This document shows, in pieces, positions 8,465 to 17,750 of a stretch of 60,634 nt of DNA; the stretch's first letter is position 1; the number at the start of each line of letters is the position of its first letter. Where the stretch lies: assembly GCA_964493515.1 (NCBI GenBank), contig CAZBNJ010000005.1, positions 1-60,634 on the forward strand, given 5' to 3'. Under the pieces are notes generated by a model. That model saw only the letters and a list, made by a program, of their open reading frames with translations. It had not been told where the DNA came from and did no database searches. Source of the DNA: an uncultured Oscillospiraceae bacterium (GTDB lineage Bacteria; Bacillota; Clostridia; Oscillospirales; JAAYOS01). The position numbers were made by a program, and so were the translations under genes.

Positions 8465-10738
8465 ATGAACGTTAAAGAACTGGTAGGAAAGATGACGCTG
8501 GAGGAGAAGGCGTCGCTGTGCGCGGGAGGCGGCTGGTGGCAGACCAAGCCGGTCGAGCGACTCGGCATACCGTCGGTGTACATGACCGACGGCCCTCACG
8601 GACTGCGCAAGCAGGAGGGCACGGCGGATCACCTGGGACTGAACGCCAGCGTGCCCGCCACCTGCTTCCCCACCGCGGCGGGACTCGCGTCCAGCTTTGA
8701 CCGCTCGCTGATAGCGCGTCAGGCAAGCGCGCTTGCGGTCGAGGCGCAGGCTCACGACGTGTCGATACTGCTCGGCCCGGGCACCAACATCAAGCGCAGC
8801 CCGCTCTGCGGACGCAACTTCGAGTATTTCTCCGAGGATCCGGTGCTCGCGGGTGAGATGGCGGCAAGCTACATAAAGTCGCTTCAGGAGGGCGGCGTCG
8901 GCTGCTCGCTCAAGCACTTCGCCGCAAACAACCAGGAGACCAGCCGCATGGGCGGCAACTCGATAGTCGACGAGCGCACGCTGCGTGAGATCTACCTCCG
9001 CCCGTTCGAGATAGCGGTCACAAAGGGCAAGCCGCAGACGGTCATGTGCTCGTACAACCGCATAAACGGCGTGTTCTCCTGCGAAAACGAATGGCTGCTG
9101 ACCAAGGTGCTCCGCGACGACTGGGGCTTCGACGGCTACGTCATGACCGACTGGGGCGCAATGGACATCCGCGTCGACGCGCTCAAGGCGGGTCTCGAGC
9201 TTGAAATGCCGTCGACCGACATGACCTCCTGCAACCAGATAGTCGACGCCGTCAAGAAGGGCGAGCTGGACGAGGCGACAGTCGACCGCGCGGTCGGCCG
9301 TATGCTGAACATACTCTACCGCTGGATAGAGACGAACAAGCGCGAGGTCACGCTCGACCTTGCGGCGCACCACAAGCTCGCCCGCGAGATCGCCGCACAG
9401 ACGATGGTCCTCGCCAAGAACAACGGCACGTTGCCGCTTGACGCGTCCAAGTCGACCGCGATAATCGGCGCCTACGGCAAGAAGATAATGTTCCAGGGCG
9501 GCGGCTCGTCGCACATAAACAATCCGTATGAGGACAACGTCGTTGACGAGTGGTCGAAGCTCGGCGGCGAGGTCATCTACGCGGAGGGCGTGCAGGCGAA
9601 CGGTGCCACCACCGACGAGCTTATCGCCGAGGCTGTCGCCGCCGCGAAGAAGGCGCAAAACGTTCTGCTGGTCGTCGGTTCGCCGATGGAGACCGAGGGC
9701 GCGGACCGCAAGGAGATGACCCTGCCCACGGGTGTCCTCAAGCTGGTGGACGCTGTCGCGAGCGTCCGACCCGACTGCGCGGTCGTTCTGACCTGCGGCG
9801 CGCCGGTGGAGCTTCCGTTCATCGACAAGATAGGCGCGCTGCTCGTCGCGTATCTCGGCGGTCAGGCTGCCGCCGGCGCTGTCGTCGATCTGGTCAGCGG
9901 CGCGAAGAATCCGTGCGCGAAGTTTGCCGAGACCTGGCCGGTGGACTTCCGCCACAATCCGTCGCATCCGAACTACGCGCTCAAGGATGTCGAGTACCGC
10001 GAGGGCATATTCGTCGGCTACCGTCACTACGATATGCACGGCATAAATCCGCGCTTCCGCTTTGGCTACGGCCTCAGCTACACCACCTTTGAGTACGGCG
10101 AGCCGACTGTCAGCGCGTCCGCGATAACCGAGGGCGATCCGCTGTCCGTCACCGTCGACGTTAAGAACACCGGCAGCCGCGCCGGTGCCGAGATAGTCCA
10201 GCTGTACGTCGGACAGGACGTCTGCGCGAGCGTGCCCCGTCCCGTCAAGGAGCTGAAGGGCTTTGAAAAGGTTTGGCTCGAGCCGGGCGAGACAAAGACG
10301 GTCAAGTTTGAGCTGGACAGCCGCGCGTTTGCGTACTGGAACGACGCCGCAAAGGCGTGGGTGGTGGACAGCGGCAGCTTCACCCTGTCGGTGGCTCCGT
10401 CCAGCTGCCCGTTCTGCCAGAAGAAGATGAGCGTTCAGGTCACCTCCACCTCCGCAAAGCCGCGTCCGCTCACCCTCTACTCCACCTTCGGCGAGCTTAT
10501 GGCGTTCCCCGGCGGCGCGGAGATGGTGCAGCAGATGATGGCGTCCAGTCCTCTTGCCCCAGCTGCGGGCGGCGAAGAGAACGGTCTTGACGAAATGTTC
10601 GGCGACTCGAGCGCGATGATGGAGATGATGATGGGCTCGCCGATAAAGATGATCCTCAGCTTCGGCGGCGGCGCCATTTCCGAGGAACAGCTGCTCGGAC
10701 TTCTCTCCATGCTCAACCAGAAGGCGGGCATCGCGTAA
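8465..10738 (+). CDS. glycoside hydrolase family 3 beta-glucosidase-like enzyme
   Basis: GH3 N-domain (KHFAANNQE, and GYVMTDWGA with the catalytic Asp), a GH3 C-domain and an Fn3-like domain (VQLYV..ELKGFEKV). Confidence 0.93.
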   Translation: MNVKELVGKMTLEEKASLCAGGGWWQTKPVERLGIPSVYMTDGPHGLRKQEGTADHLGLNASVPATCFPTAAGLASSFDRSLIARQASALAVEAQAHDVSILLGPGTNIKRSPLCGRNFEYFSEDPVLAGEMAASYIKSLQEGGVGCSLKHFAANNQETSRMGGNSIVDERTLREIYLRPFEIAVTKGKPQTVMCSYNRINGVFSCENEWLLTKVLRDDWGFDGYVMTDWGAMDIRVDALKAGLELEMPSTDMTSCNQIVDAVKKGELDEATVDRAVGRMLNILYRWIETNKREVTLDLAAHHKLAREIAAQTMVLAKNNGTLPLDASKSTAIIGAYGKKIMFQGGGSSHINNPYEDNVVDEWSKLGGEVIYAEGVQANGATTDELIAEAVAAAKKAQNVLLVVGSPMETEGADRKEMTLPTGVLKLVDAVASVRPDCAVVLTCGAPVELPFIDKIGALLVAYLGGQAAAGAVVDLVSGAKNPCAKFAETWPVDFRHNPSHPNYALKDVEYREGIFVGYRHYDMHGINPRFRFGYGLSYTTFEYGEPTVSASAITEGDPLSVTVDVKNTGSRAGAEIVQLYVGQDVCASVPRPVKELKGFEKVWLEPGETKTVKFELDSRAFAYWNDAAKAWVVDSGSFTLSVAPSSCPFCQKKMSVQVTSTSAKPRPLTLYSTFGELMAFPGGAEMVQQMMASSPLAPAAGGEENGLDEMFGDSSAMMEMMMGSPIKMILSFGGGAISEEQLLGLLSMLNQKAGIA

Positions 10739-10772
10739 GCCGATCCCCGTCGGCTGTCCCGAATAACACCGA

Positions 10773-10814
10773 AAACGGAGCGGCGAGAAAATCGCTGCTC
10801 CGTTTATTGTTTTG
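10773..10814 (+). terminator. intrinsic terminator after GH3 gene
   Basis: AACGGAGCGGCGA-GAAAA-TCGCTGCTCCGTT followed by a T-rich tail. Confidence 0.7.
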
Positions 10815-10863
10815 CGCGGAAAGATGTGATATAATAGGGTCGATTTGGAGGTAATGGCACATC

Positions 10864-12321
10864 ATGAAATTTCGTAGATTTGCGGCGCTTGCCGTCGCGC
10901 TGTGCATACTGCTCGGAGGCTGCACGATAGAAAACGAGACTGGCTTCGGCGAGGCGACATACGAGGACTTCCGCGCGTACATCGACGAGCGGCGGGCGGA
11001 CGATTTCGTCGCGGTCGATCTCTCCCCTCTCGCCGAGAAGTACCGCTGTTCGGACGAGTTTGAGCAGCGCGACGAAAGCGAGCTTCGCTTTGAGCTTAAC
11101 CGCACCACCACGCAGAAGGCGTCGGTCTCGCGCGTCACCAAGTCGGAGGCGGCAAGCGACGTCGAGTTTTTGATGCGTATGCTGCGCGAGGACTACGGCG
11201 CGTATGAGTTCTTCGGCGGCGACGAGACGTTCGGCACGATGAAGGACGAGCTGCTCGCGCGCATCGACGAGGCGTTCGGCGACGATATTCGTCTGTCGGT
11301 GATAGACCTGACGCAACTGATAAGCGACACCCTCGGCGGCACGATAAACGACCGCTCGTTTTTCGTGCGGGACAGCGCCGTCACCCCGAACGACAAGCTC
11401 TACCACGTCCGCAACGAGTATTTCACCCGCGAAAACGGCGACTTTTACTACCACGGCTCAAAGGTGCTCTCGATAGACGGAGACGACCCCGCCGAATATA
11501 TCAAGCCCACCGTCGCGCAGAGCGGCGCGATAGTATACTCGATGTGGCGCAGCTTCCCGAGCGACGTCGACCCCACCGCCGTGTTTCTCGTAGCCGAGCT
11601 TGAGAACGCCGAGCCGGTCAACTTCCGATGGGCGGCGGCGTACATCGACAGCTTCTCCAACTACGCCTTCGACGCGGCGTTCCGCGAGGGCAGCACCACC
11701 GCGCCGGACGAGAGCATCTCCGTTCCGGTCGTAGCGTCCAGCAATCTGTCGGCGGCGGGCGAGCAGTTCGTCGCGTCGGCAAACCGTCCCGCGGACGAGA
11801 AGGCGCTGATACTCGACCTTCGCGTGTCCGGCGGCAACGACGAGACCTACATTCGGCAGTGGCTGGAGACCTACGCGGGCGCGGCAAGCGAGGTAAGCGA
11901 GCTGCGTATGCACCGCTCCTCGCCGATGAACAACGCGATATTCGACTCGGACGAGCCGTTCGGCACGGTCGAAAGCTCCTCCGACGGCAGGAACGTCGAG
12001 CTTGACGGCAGCCGCACGCTCATCATCCTGGTGGGAGGCAATACCGGCGCCGCCGAGACCGCGCAGCAGCTCGCAAGCCGCATATCCAACGTCATAACCA
12101 TCGGCGGCATAAGCGGCGGCGCGGCACTGACCGCCGATCCCACCGTGCGCTACCTTCCGTCCAGCGGGATACGGCTGACCTTCGGCACGACGCTGCGGCT
12201 GTCGTCGGGCATGTTCGACGAGGACGGCGGCAAAAGCCTTCAGCCCGATCTGTACGCAAACCCCGCCGACGCGCTGGTGTTCGCGCGCGAAATGGTCGCG
12301 CACTACGGGCTGAACGGATAG
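10864..12321 (+). CDS. lipoprotein with S41 (C-terminal processing peptidase)-like domain, possibly inactive
   Basis: Lipobox LLGGC. The C-terminal block LILDLRVSGGN...IILVGGNTGAAETAQQL...ITIGGISGGA follows the S41 layout (DLRxNxGG ... SASASE ... TFGKG). By eye, the Ser and Lys positions are not conserved. Confidence 0.6.
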   Translation: MKFRRFAALAVALCILLGGCTIENETGFGEATYEDFRAYIDERRADDFVAVDLSPLAEKYRCSDEFEQRDESELRFELNRTTTQKASVSRVTKSEAASDVEFLMRMLREDYGAYEFFGGDETFGTMKDELLARIDEAFGDDIRLSVIDLTQLISDTLGGTINDRSFFVRDSAVTPNDKLYHVRNEYFTRENGDFYYHGSKVLSIDGDDPAEYIKPTVAQSGAIVYSMWRSFPSDVDPTAVFLVAELENAEPVNFRWAAAYIDSFSNYAFDAAFREGSTTAPDESISVPVVASSNLSAAGEQFVASANRPADEKALILDLRVSGGNDETYIRQWLETYAGAASEVSELRMHRSSPMNNAIFDSDEPFGTVESSSDGRNVELDGSRTLIILVGGNTGAAETAQQLASRISNVITIGGISGGAALTADPTVRYLPSSGIRLTFGTTLRLSSGMFDEDGGKSLQPDLYANPADALVFAREMVAHYGLNG

Positions 12322-12350
12322 CGCATACTTTTTCGCGTCGGAGCGAAAAA

Positions 12351-12407
12351 TACCCCTTGACAGTCAGGGGGTATTTGTTTTATACTGATAGTACCCCCAG
12401 GGGGTAT
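12351..12407 (+). promoter_or_regulatory. copA promoter with two CsoR-type operators
   Basis: TACCCCTTGACAGTCAGGGGGTA (12351-12373) embeds the -35 TTGACA. TATACT is the -10 (12381-12386). A perfect palindrome TACCCCC-A-GGGGGTA lies at 12392-12406. GC-rich TACCC..GGGTA pseudo-palindromes are the known CsoR operator type. Confidence 0.75.
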
Positions 12408-12439
12408 GGGTACATCCTGTGAACGAAAGGCGGTTGGAT

Positions 12440-14980
12440 ATGCGCAAAGAACGATTCGATGTCGGCGGAATGACCTGCGCCGCCTGCTCCGCGCGGGTGG
12501 AAAAGGCGGTTGGCAAGCTCGCCGGCGTGCAGACCGTCTCGGTCAATCTGCTCACCAACAGCATGGCGGTCGAGTATGACGAGAGCGAGCTGAGCTCCTC
12601 CGGCATCTGCGACGCGGTCGTCAAGGCGGGCTACACCGCGCGCTCGCGCGACGACGCGCCGAAGGCGGATAAGTCGGAGCGAAAGGACATCCGAAACGAC
12701 GAATACAAGTCGCTCAAGACGCGGCTGATAGTGTCCGCGATATTTGCCGCGCCGCTAAGCTATCTCTGCATGGGGCATATGTTCGGTTGGCCCACGCCGA
12801 GCTTCTTTCACGGCTCGAAAAACGCGATACCCTTCGCGTTTACCCAGCTCCTGCTGCTGATACCGGTCATCGCGGCGGGCTTCAAATACTTCCGCGTCGG
12901 ATTTAAGACGCTGTTTCACGGCGCGCCGAACATGGACTCGCTCATCGCGATAGGCGCGGGCGCGAGCGTAGTATACGGCATCTACTCAATCTACCGCATG
13001 GCTTACGCGCTCGGAGACGGCGACCTCGCCACCGTCGAGACGTTCATGCACGAGCTGTACTTCGAGTCGGCGGGCATGATACTGACGCTGATAACGCTCG
13101 GCAAATTCTTCGAGTCGCGCGCAAAGGGCCGCACCTCCGACGCGATATCCAAGCTCATCGACCTCGCGCCGAAGAGCGCGTCGGTCGAGCGGGACGGCGT
13201 AGAGCACCGCATCCCAGTCGAGGAGGTGCGCGTCGGCGACATACTTGTCGTGCGACCCGGCGAATCCGTCCCGGTGGACGGCGTGATAGTCGAGGGCAGC
13301 GCGTCGATAGACGAGTCGGCGATAACCGGCGAGAGCGTCCCCGCCGAAAAGTCGGTGGGAAGCGACGCGGTCGGCGCGACGATAAATCTGTCCGGCTTCT
13401 TCAAGATGCGCGCGACAAAGGTCGGCGACGACACGACGCTCTCGCAGATAGTGCGCCTGGTCGACGAGGCGTCCGGCTCGAAAGCGCCGATAGCCAAGCT
13501 CGCCGACAAGGTGAGCGGCGTGTTCGTGCCCGCGGTCATCGCGGTCGCGATAGTCGCCACGGTGGTATGGCTGCTCGTCGGCGCGACGTTTGAGTTCGCA
13601 CTAAGCTGCGGCATCGCGGTGCTGGTGATATCCTGCCCCTGCGCGCTCGGCCTCGCCACCCCCACAGCGATAATGGTGGGCACCGGCAAGGGAGCGCAGA
13701 ACGGCATACTGATAAAGTCCGGCGAAGCGCTGGAGACGGCGCACGGTGTGGACACCGTCGTGCTGGACAAAACCGGCACGATAACCGAGGGCAAGCCCGC
13801 CGTAAAGGCTGTCGCGCCCGCCGAAGGTGTGGACAAGCGCGAGCTTCTGGCGTTCGCTGCGGCTGCCGAGTCGCTCAGCGAGCATCCCCTCGCGCGGGCG
13901 GTGGTCGAGCACGCGAACGCGCTCGGCATCGCGATACCCGCAGCGGAGGATTTTAGGCAGATACCCGGCGGCGGGATACGCGCGACGGTGGACGGACGTC
14001 CGCTGCTCGCCGGCAATCTGCGCCTGCTGCGGTCGGAGGGCATCGACTGCGCGGAGGCGGAGAAGGCGGCAAACGAGTTTGCGGCGCGCGGCGAGACGGC
14101 ACTCTGCTTTGTCCACGGCGACAAGTATCTCGGCACGCTGGCGGTGGCGGACGTTGTCAAGCCCACCAGCAGGCAGGCGATAGACGAGCTTCACGACATG
14201 GGCATACAGGTCGTGATGCTCACCGGCGACAGCGCGGCGGTCGCGCAGTCGATAGCGGACGGCGTGGGCGTCGACCGCGTCGTGGCGGAGGTGCTGCCGC
14301 AGGACAAGGAGCGCGAAGTCCACGAGCTGCAAAACTCGGGCCGCAGGGTCGCGATGGTCGGCGACGGCATAAACGACGCTCCGGCGCTCGCTCGAGCGGA
14401 CGTCGGCATCGCCATCGGCGCGGGAACCGACGTTGCGATAGAGTCGGCGGACGTGGTGCTGATGCGCGGCGACCTGCTCGACGTGCCCACCGCGATACGC
14501 CTGAGCCGCGCCGTGCTGCGGAACATCAAGCAGAACCTGTTCTGGGCGCTGGCTTACAACACGCTCGGCATACCTGTCGCGGCGGGAGTGTTTTTCACCG
14601 CGTTCGGGCTGAAACTCAGTCCGATAATCGGCGCGCTGGCGATGAGCTTCTCAAGCGTTTTCGTCGTATCGAATGCGCTCCGGCTGCGGTTCTTCAAGCC
14701 GATACGCAGCGCCGCGCCCCAAATAAATTCGGAAAACTCGGCAAAAGCCGATAAAAAGGAGATGAATAGCATGACCAAGGTTCTCAAGGTGGACGGCATG
14801 ATGTGCGAGCACTGCGTCGCCCATGCCAAGAAGGCTCTCGAGGGAGTTGGCGGCGTCTCGGCTGCCGACGTGTCGCTCGAGAAGAAGCAGGCGACCGTGA
14901 CCCTGTCCGGCGACGTGTCCGACGCCGCGCTGAAGGCGGCAGTTGAGGAAGCCGGCTACACCGTCGTCGAGGTGGCGTGA
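12440..14980 (+). CDS. copA: copper-translocating P1B-type ATPase with N- and C-terminal HMA domains
   Basis: N-terminal GMTCAAC, transmembrane CPC, DKTGT, GDGINDAP, plus a second HMA domain at the C-terminus (DGMMCEHC). The ATG at 12440 is preferred over the GTG at 12419. Confidence 0.95.
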   Translation: MRKERFDVGGMTCAACSARVEKAVGKLAGVQTVSVNLLTNSMAVEYDESELSSSGICDAVVKAGYTARSRDDAPKADKSERKDIRNDEYKSLKTRLIVSAIFAAPLSYLCMGHMFGWPTPSFFHGSKNAIPFAFTQLLLLIPVIAAGFKYFRVGFKTLFHGAPNMDSLIAIGAGASVVYGIYSIYRMAYALGDGDLATVETFMHELYFESAGMILTLITLGKFFESRAKGRTSDAISKLIDLAPKSASVERDGVEHRIPVEEVRVGDILVVRPGESVPVDGVIVEGSASIDESAITGESVPAEKSVGSDAVGATINLSGFFKMRATKVGDDTTLSQIVRLVDEASGSKAPIAKLADKVSGVFVPAVIAVAIVATVVWLLVGATFEFALSCGIAVLVISCPCALGLATPTAIMVGTGKGAQNGILIKSGEALETAHGVDTVVLDKTGTITEGKPAVKAVAPAEGVDKRELLAFAAAAESLSEHPLARAVVEHANALGIAIPAAEDFRQIPGGGIRATVDGRPLLAGNLRLLRSEGIDCAEAEKAANEFAARGETALCFVHGDKYLGTLAVADVVKPTSRQAIDELHDMGIQVVMLTGDSAAVAQSIADGVGVDRVVAEVLPQDKEREVHELQNSGRRVAMVGDGINDAPALARADVGIAIGAGTDVAIESADVVLMRGDLLDVPTAIRLSRAVLRNIKQNLFWALAYNTLGIPVAAGVFFTAFGLKLSPIIGALAMSFSSVFVVSNALRLRFFKPIRSAAPQINSENSAKADKKEMNSMTKVLKVDGMMCEHCVAHAKKALEGVGGVSAADVSLEKKQATVTLSGDVSDAALKAAVEEAGYTVVEVA

Positions 14981-15246
14981 TGAAGGCGGACAAAAGCTCG
15001 GTGTCGCACAAGCTCAAGGTCGCGCGCGGTCAGCTCGACGGCATCCTTCGGATGATAGACGAGGACAGATACTGCGTGGACATCGCAAATCAGCTGCTCG
15101 CGACCCAGTCGCTGCTGAAAAGCGCGTCGCAGGAGATACTGCAGGAGCACATCCGCAGCTGCGTCCGCGAGGCGCTCGAGACCGACGAGCCAAACCTCAA
15201 GATAGAGGAGGCGCTGAGCCTTCTCGAAAAGATGGCGAAGGGCTGA
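14977..15246 (+). CDS. csoR: CsoR/RcnR-family metal-sensing repressor
   Basis: 89 aa with LKVARGQLDGILRMIDEDRYCVDI...HIRSC (the C-H-C ligand pattern). The start overlaps the copA stop. Confidence 0.9.
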   Translation: MMKADKSSVSHKLKVARGQLDGILRMIDEDRYCVDIANQLLATQSLLKSASQEILQEHIRSCVREALETDEPNLKIEEALSLLEKMAKG

Positions 15247-15286
15247 AAAATCGCGGCGAGGGACCGACTTCCCCGCCGCGATTTTT
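15246..15286 (+). terminator. intrinsic terminator after csoR
   Basis: AAAAATCGCGGCGAGGG...CCCCGCCGCGATTTTT. Confidence 0.75.
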
Positions 15287-15300
15287 GTCTATTTTTCATG

Positions 15301-15329
15301 TTGCACACGGCTTACAGTTGCCGTATAAT
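15301..15329 (+). promoter_or_regulatory. feoAB promoter
   Basis: TTGCAC-17-TATAAT. Confidence 0.55.
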
Positions 15330-15366
15330 CAGGGTGGAATGTTTCGCGTGGAATGGGGGATCGACA

Positions 15367-15606
15367 ATGGGTGATATCTTTCCCTTGAGCGAGGGAAAAA
15401 TCGGCGGTGTCTACCGGGTGGAGACGATAGAGCTGCCCGCCGCGACCGAACAGCGTCTCGAGTCGCTCGGCATGACGCAGGGCACAAGGATATCGGTGCA
15501 GAACGCCAAGAGCGGCGGCGTGCTTATCGTCAAGATACGCGGCACGCGGTTCGCGCTCGGACGCGGTATAACCAGGAACATTGAAGTGAGGTGCGCCGAT
15601 GAGTGA
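15367..15606 (+). CDS. feoA: ferrous iron transport protein A
   Basis: 79-aa FeoA SH3-like domain (GGVYRVETIELP...LGMTQGTRISV). The start at 15367 lies after GGGGGA; the ORF-track extension is rejected. Confidence 0.9.
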   Translation: MGDIFPLSEGKIGGVYRVETIELPAATEQRLESLGMTQGTRISVQNAKSGGVLIVKIRGTRFALGRGITRNIEVRCADE

Positions 15607-17704
15607 TATGACGATAGGGTTCATCGGAAACCCGAACTGCGGCAAGACCACGCTGTTCAACGCCTACACCGGGGCAAACCTCAAGGTCGCGAACTGGCCG
15701 GGCGTTACGGTGGAGAAGGTCGAGGGCGCGATAAAGGCGCACGGACAGGACATACGGCTGGTCGATCTGCCGGGCACATACAGCCTGACCTCATATACGA
15801 TGGAGGAGCAGGTGTCGCGCAACTTCATCATGGGCGACGACGTGGACGTCATCGTCGACGTTGCCGACGCGTCCGCGCTCGAGCGAAACCTCTACCTCAC
15901 GCTGCAGCTTCTCGAGCTCGGCAAGCCGGTGGTGCTGGCGCTGAACATGATGGACATCGTCCACAAGCGCGGCATGGAGATCGACACCCACCGTCTGCCC
16001 GAGATGCTCGGCATACCGGTGATAGCCGTCTCCGCGCGCAAACGCAACGGACTGTCGGTGCTGCTGCATGCGGCGGTGCACCATAAGGACTCGCACGAGC
16101 CGGAGCGTCTGGAGCATCAGCACGCGCACACGTCGGAGCACATCCACGACCACCACTCCGAGTACGCGATGGTCTATTCGGACGCGATGGAGGACCGCAT
16201 CGACCTCGTGATGACCGAGCTTGAAAGGCTCTACCCCGACCTCAGAAACTACCGCTGGCACGCGATAAAGACGCTCGAGCGCGACGCCGAGGTCTGCGAG
16301 AAATATCCCATCGACCTCGCGCGGGTCCTCGGACTGCCGCAGGGCAGCGACGCCCCGAGCTTTGAGAGCGAGATAATCAACGAGAAGTACGACTTTATTC
16401 AGGAGATAATCGACGAGGTGCTCGTCGGCAAGGAGGAGAAGGAGCAGTCGACCGACCGTGTCGACCGCGTGCTCACCCACCGCGTCTGGGGCATACCGAT
16501 ATTCCTCGGCATAATGGCGATGGTGTTCTTCCTCACCTTCACCATCGGCGACTGGCTGAAGGGATATTTCGAGACGTTCCTCGAGTGGTTCAGCGGCGTC
16601 GCGGGCGATGGGCTTACCGCCGTCGGGGTGCCCGACCTGGTGCGCTCGCTGCTGGTTGACGGAATAATCGCCGGTGTCGGCGGGATACTGACCTTCCTGC
16701 CAAACATCGTGATACTCTTCTTCGCGCTTGCGCTGTTGGAGGACAGCGGCTACATGGCGCGCGTGGCATATGTGATGGATGGCGTGATGGGACGGCTGGG
16801 ACTCAGCGGCCGCGCGTTTATTCCGATGATACTCGGCTTTGGCTGCACCGTGCCCGCGATAATGGCGTCGCGCGCGCTTGAGAGCAGGCGGGACAGGCTT
16901 CGCGTGATGCTGATAACGCCGTTTATGAGCTGCTCGGCGCGCCTTCCGATATACATACTCTTCGCGGGGATGTTCTTCGGCGACAGCGCGATGCTTGTCG
17001 CATACTCGATGTACCTCATCGGACTTGTCATCGCGATAGCCGCGGCGGCGATAATGCAGCTCTTCGGCAGGAAGCACAACGAGAACAGCCTGCTCATCGA
17101 GCTTCCCGAGTACAAGGCGCCCGCCGCGCGCACCGTGTTCATCTACGTCTGGGAGAAGGTCAAGGACTATCTGACCAAGGCGGGCACGATAATCTTCGTT
17201 GCGTCGATAATCATGTGGCTGCTGATGAACTTCGGCCCGCACGGTTTCGTCGGCGAGGACATAAACTCCAGCTTCGGCGCGGTTATCGGTCACTTCCTTG
17301 TCCCCTTCTTCGCGCCGCTCGGTCTCGGAATGTGGCAGATCGCGGTCGCGCTGATGGCGGGAATTTCTGCAAAAGAGGTCGTCGTGTCCAGCTGCGCGGT
17401 GCTGTTCGGCATAGCGGGTCTGAACTCGGCGGCGGGCGAAGTCGAGTTTGCGGCGATGCTCGGCGCGATGGGCTTCGGACAGCTCAACGCCTTCTGCCTC
17501 ATGCTCTTCTGCCTGCTGTACATCCCCTGTGCGGCGGCACTCGGCACGATAGGCGCGGAATTTTCAAAGCTCTATCCCGCGCCGGAGGGCAAGAGGCTCT
17601 TCCTGCCGCGCGGACGGTGGATAGCGGCGGTCGCGGCGTTCCAGCTCGCGGTCGCGTGGGTGGTCACCTTTGCGGTGTGGCAGATAGGAAGCCTATTCGT
17701 ATAA
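15599..17704 (+). CDS. feoB: ferrous iron transporter B
   Basis: G-domain GNPNCGKTTLFN and DLPGTYSL, and gate/permease domains. A His-rich insert follows the G domain. The gene overlaps feoA by 8 nt. Confidence 0.96.
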   Translation: MSDMTIGFIGNPNCGKTTLFNAYTGANLKVANWPGVTVEKVEGAIKAHGQDIRLVDLPGTYSLTSYTMEEQVSRNFIMGDDVDVIVDVADASALERNLYLTLQLLELGKPVVLALNMMDIVHKRGMEIDTHRLPEMLGIPVIAVSARKRNGLSVLLHAAVHHKDSHEPERLEHQHAHTSEHIHDHHSEYAMVYSDAMEDRIDLVMTELERLYPDLRNYRWHAIKTLERDAEVCEKYPIDLARVLGLPQGSDAPSFESEIINEKYDFIQEIIDEVLVGKEEKEQSTDRVDRVLTHRVWGIPIFLGIMAMVFFLTFTIGDWLKGYFETFLEWFSGVAGDGLTAVGVPDLVRSLLVDGIIAGVGGILTFLPNIVILFFALALLEDSGYMARVAYVMDGVMGRLGLSGRAFIPMILGFGCTVPAIMASRALESRRDRLRVMLITPFMSCSARLPIYILFAGMFFGDSAMLVAYSMYLIGLVIAIAAAAIMQLFGRKHNENSLLIELPEYKAPAARTVFIYVWEKVKDYLTKAGTIIFVASIIMWLLMNFGPHGFVGEDINSSFGAVIGHFLVPFFAPLGLGMWQIAVALMAGISAKEVVVSSCAVLFGIAGLNSAAGEVEFAAMLGAMGFGQLNAFCLMLFCLLYIPCAAALGTIGAEFSKLYPAPEGKRLFLPRGRWIAAVAAFQLAVAWVVTFAVWQIGSLFV

Positions 17705-17711
17705 ACAACTC

Positions 17712-17746
17712 AAAAAAGACGTCGAGCAGCCGCTCGGCGTCTTTTT
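17712..17746. terminator. bidirectional terminator (feoB / ABC-F gene, convergent)
   Basis: AAAAAAGACGTCGAGC-AGCC-GCTCGGCGTCTTTTT. Confidence 0.8.
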
Positions 17747-17750
17747 CTTA

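Noticed and set aside
15247-15366. Fur box upstream of feoAB.
   Set aside because: No convincing match to the 19-bp GATAATGATAATCATTATC-type palindrome. Only a short AT-rich stretch (TATTTTTCAT) is present.
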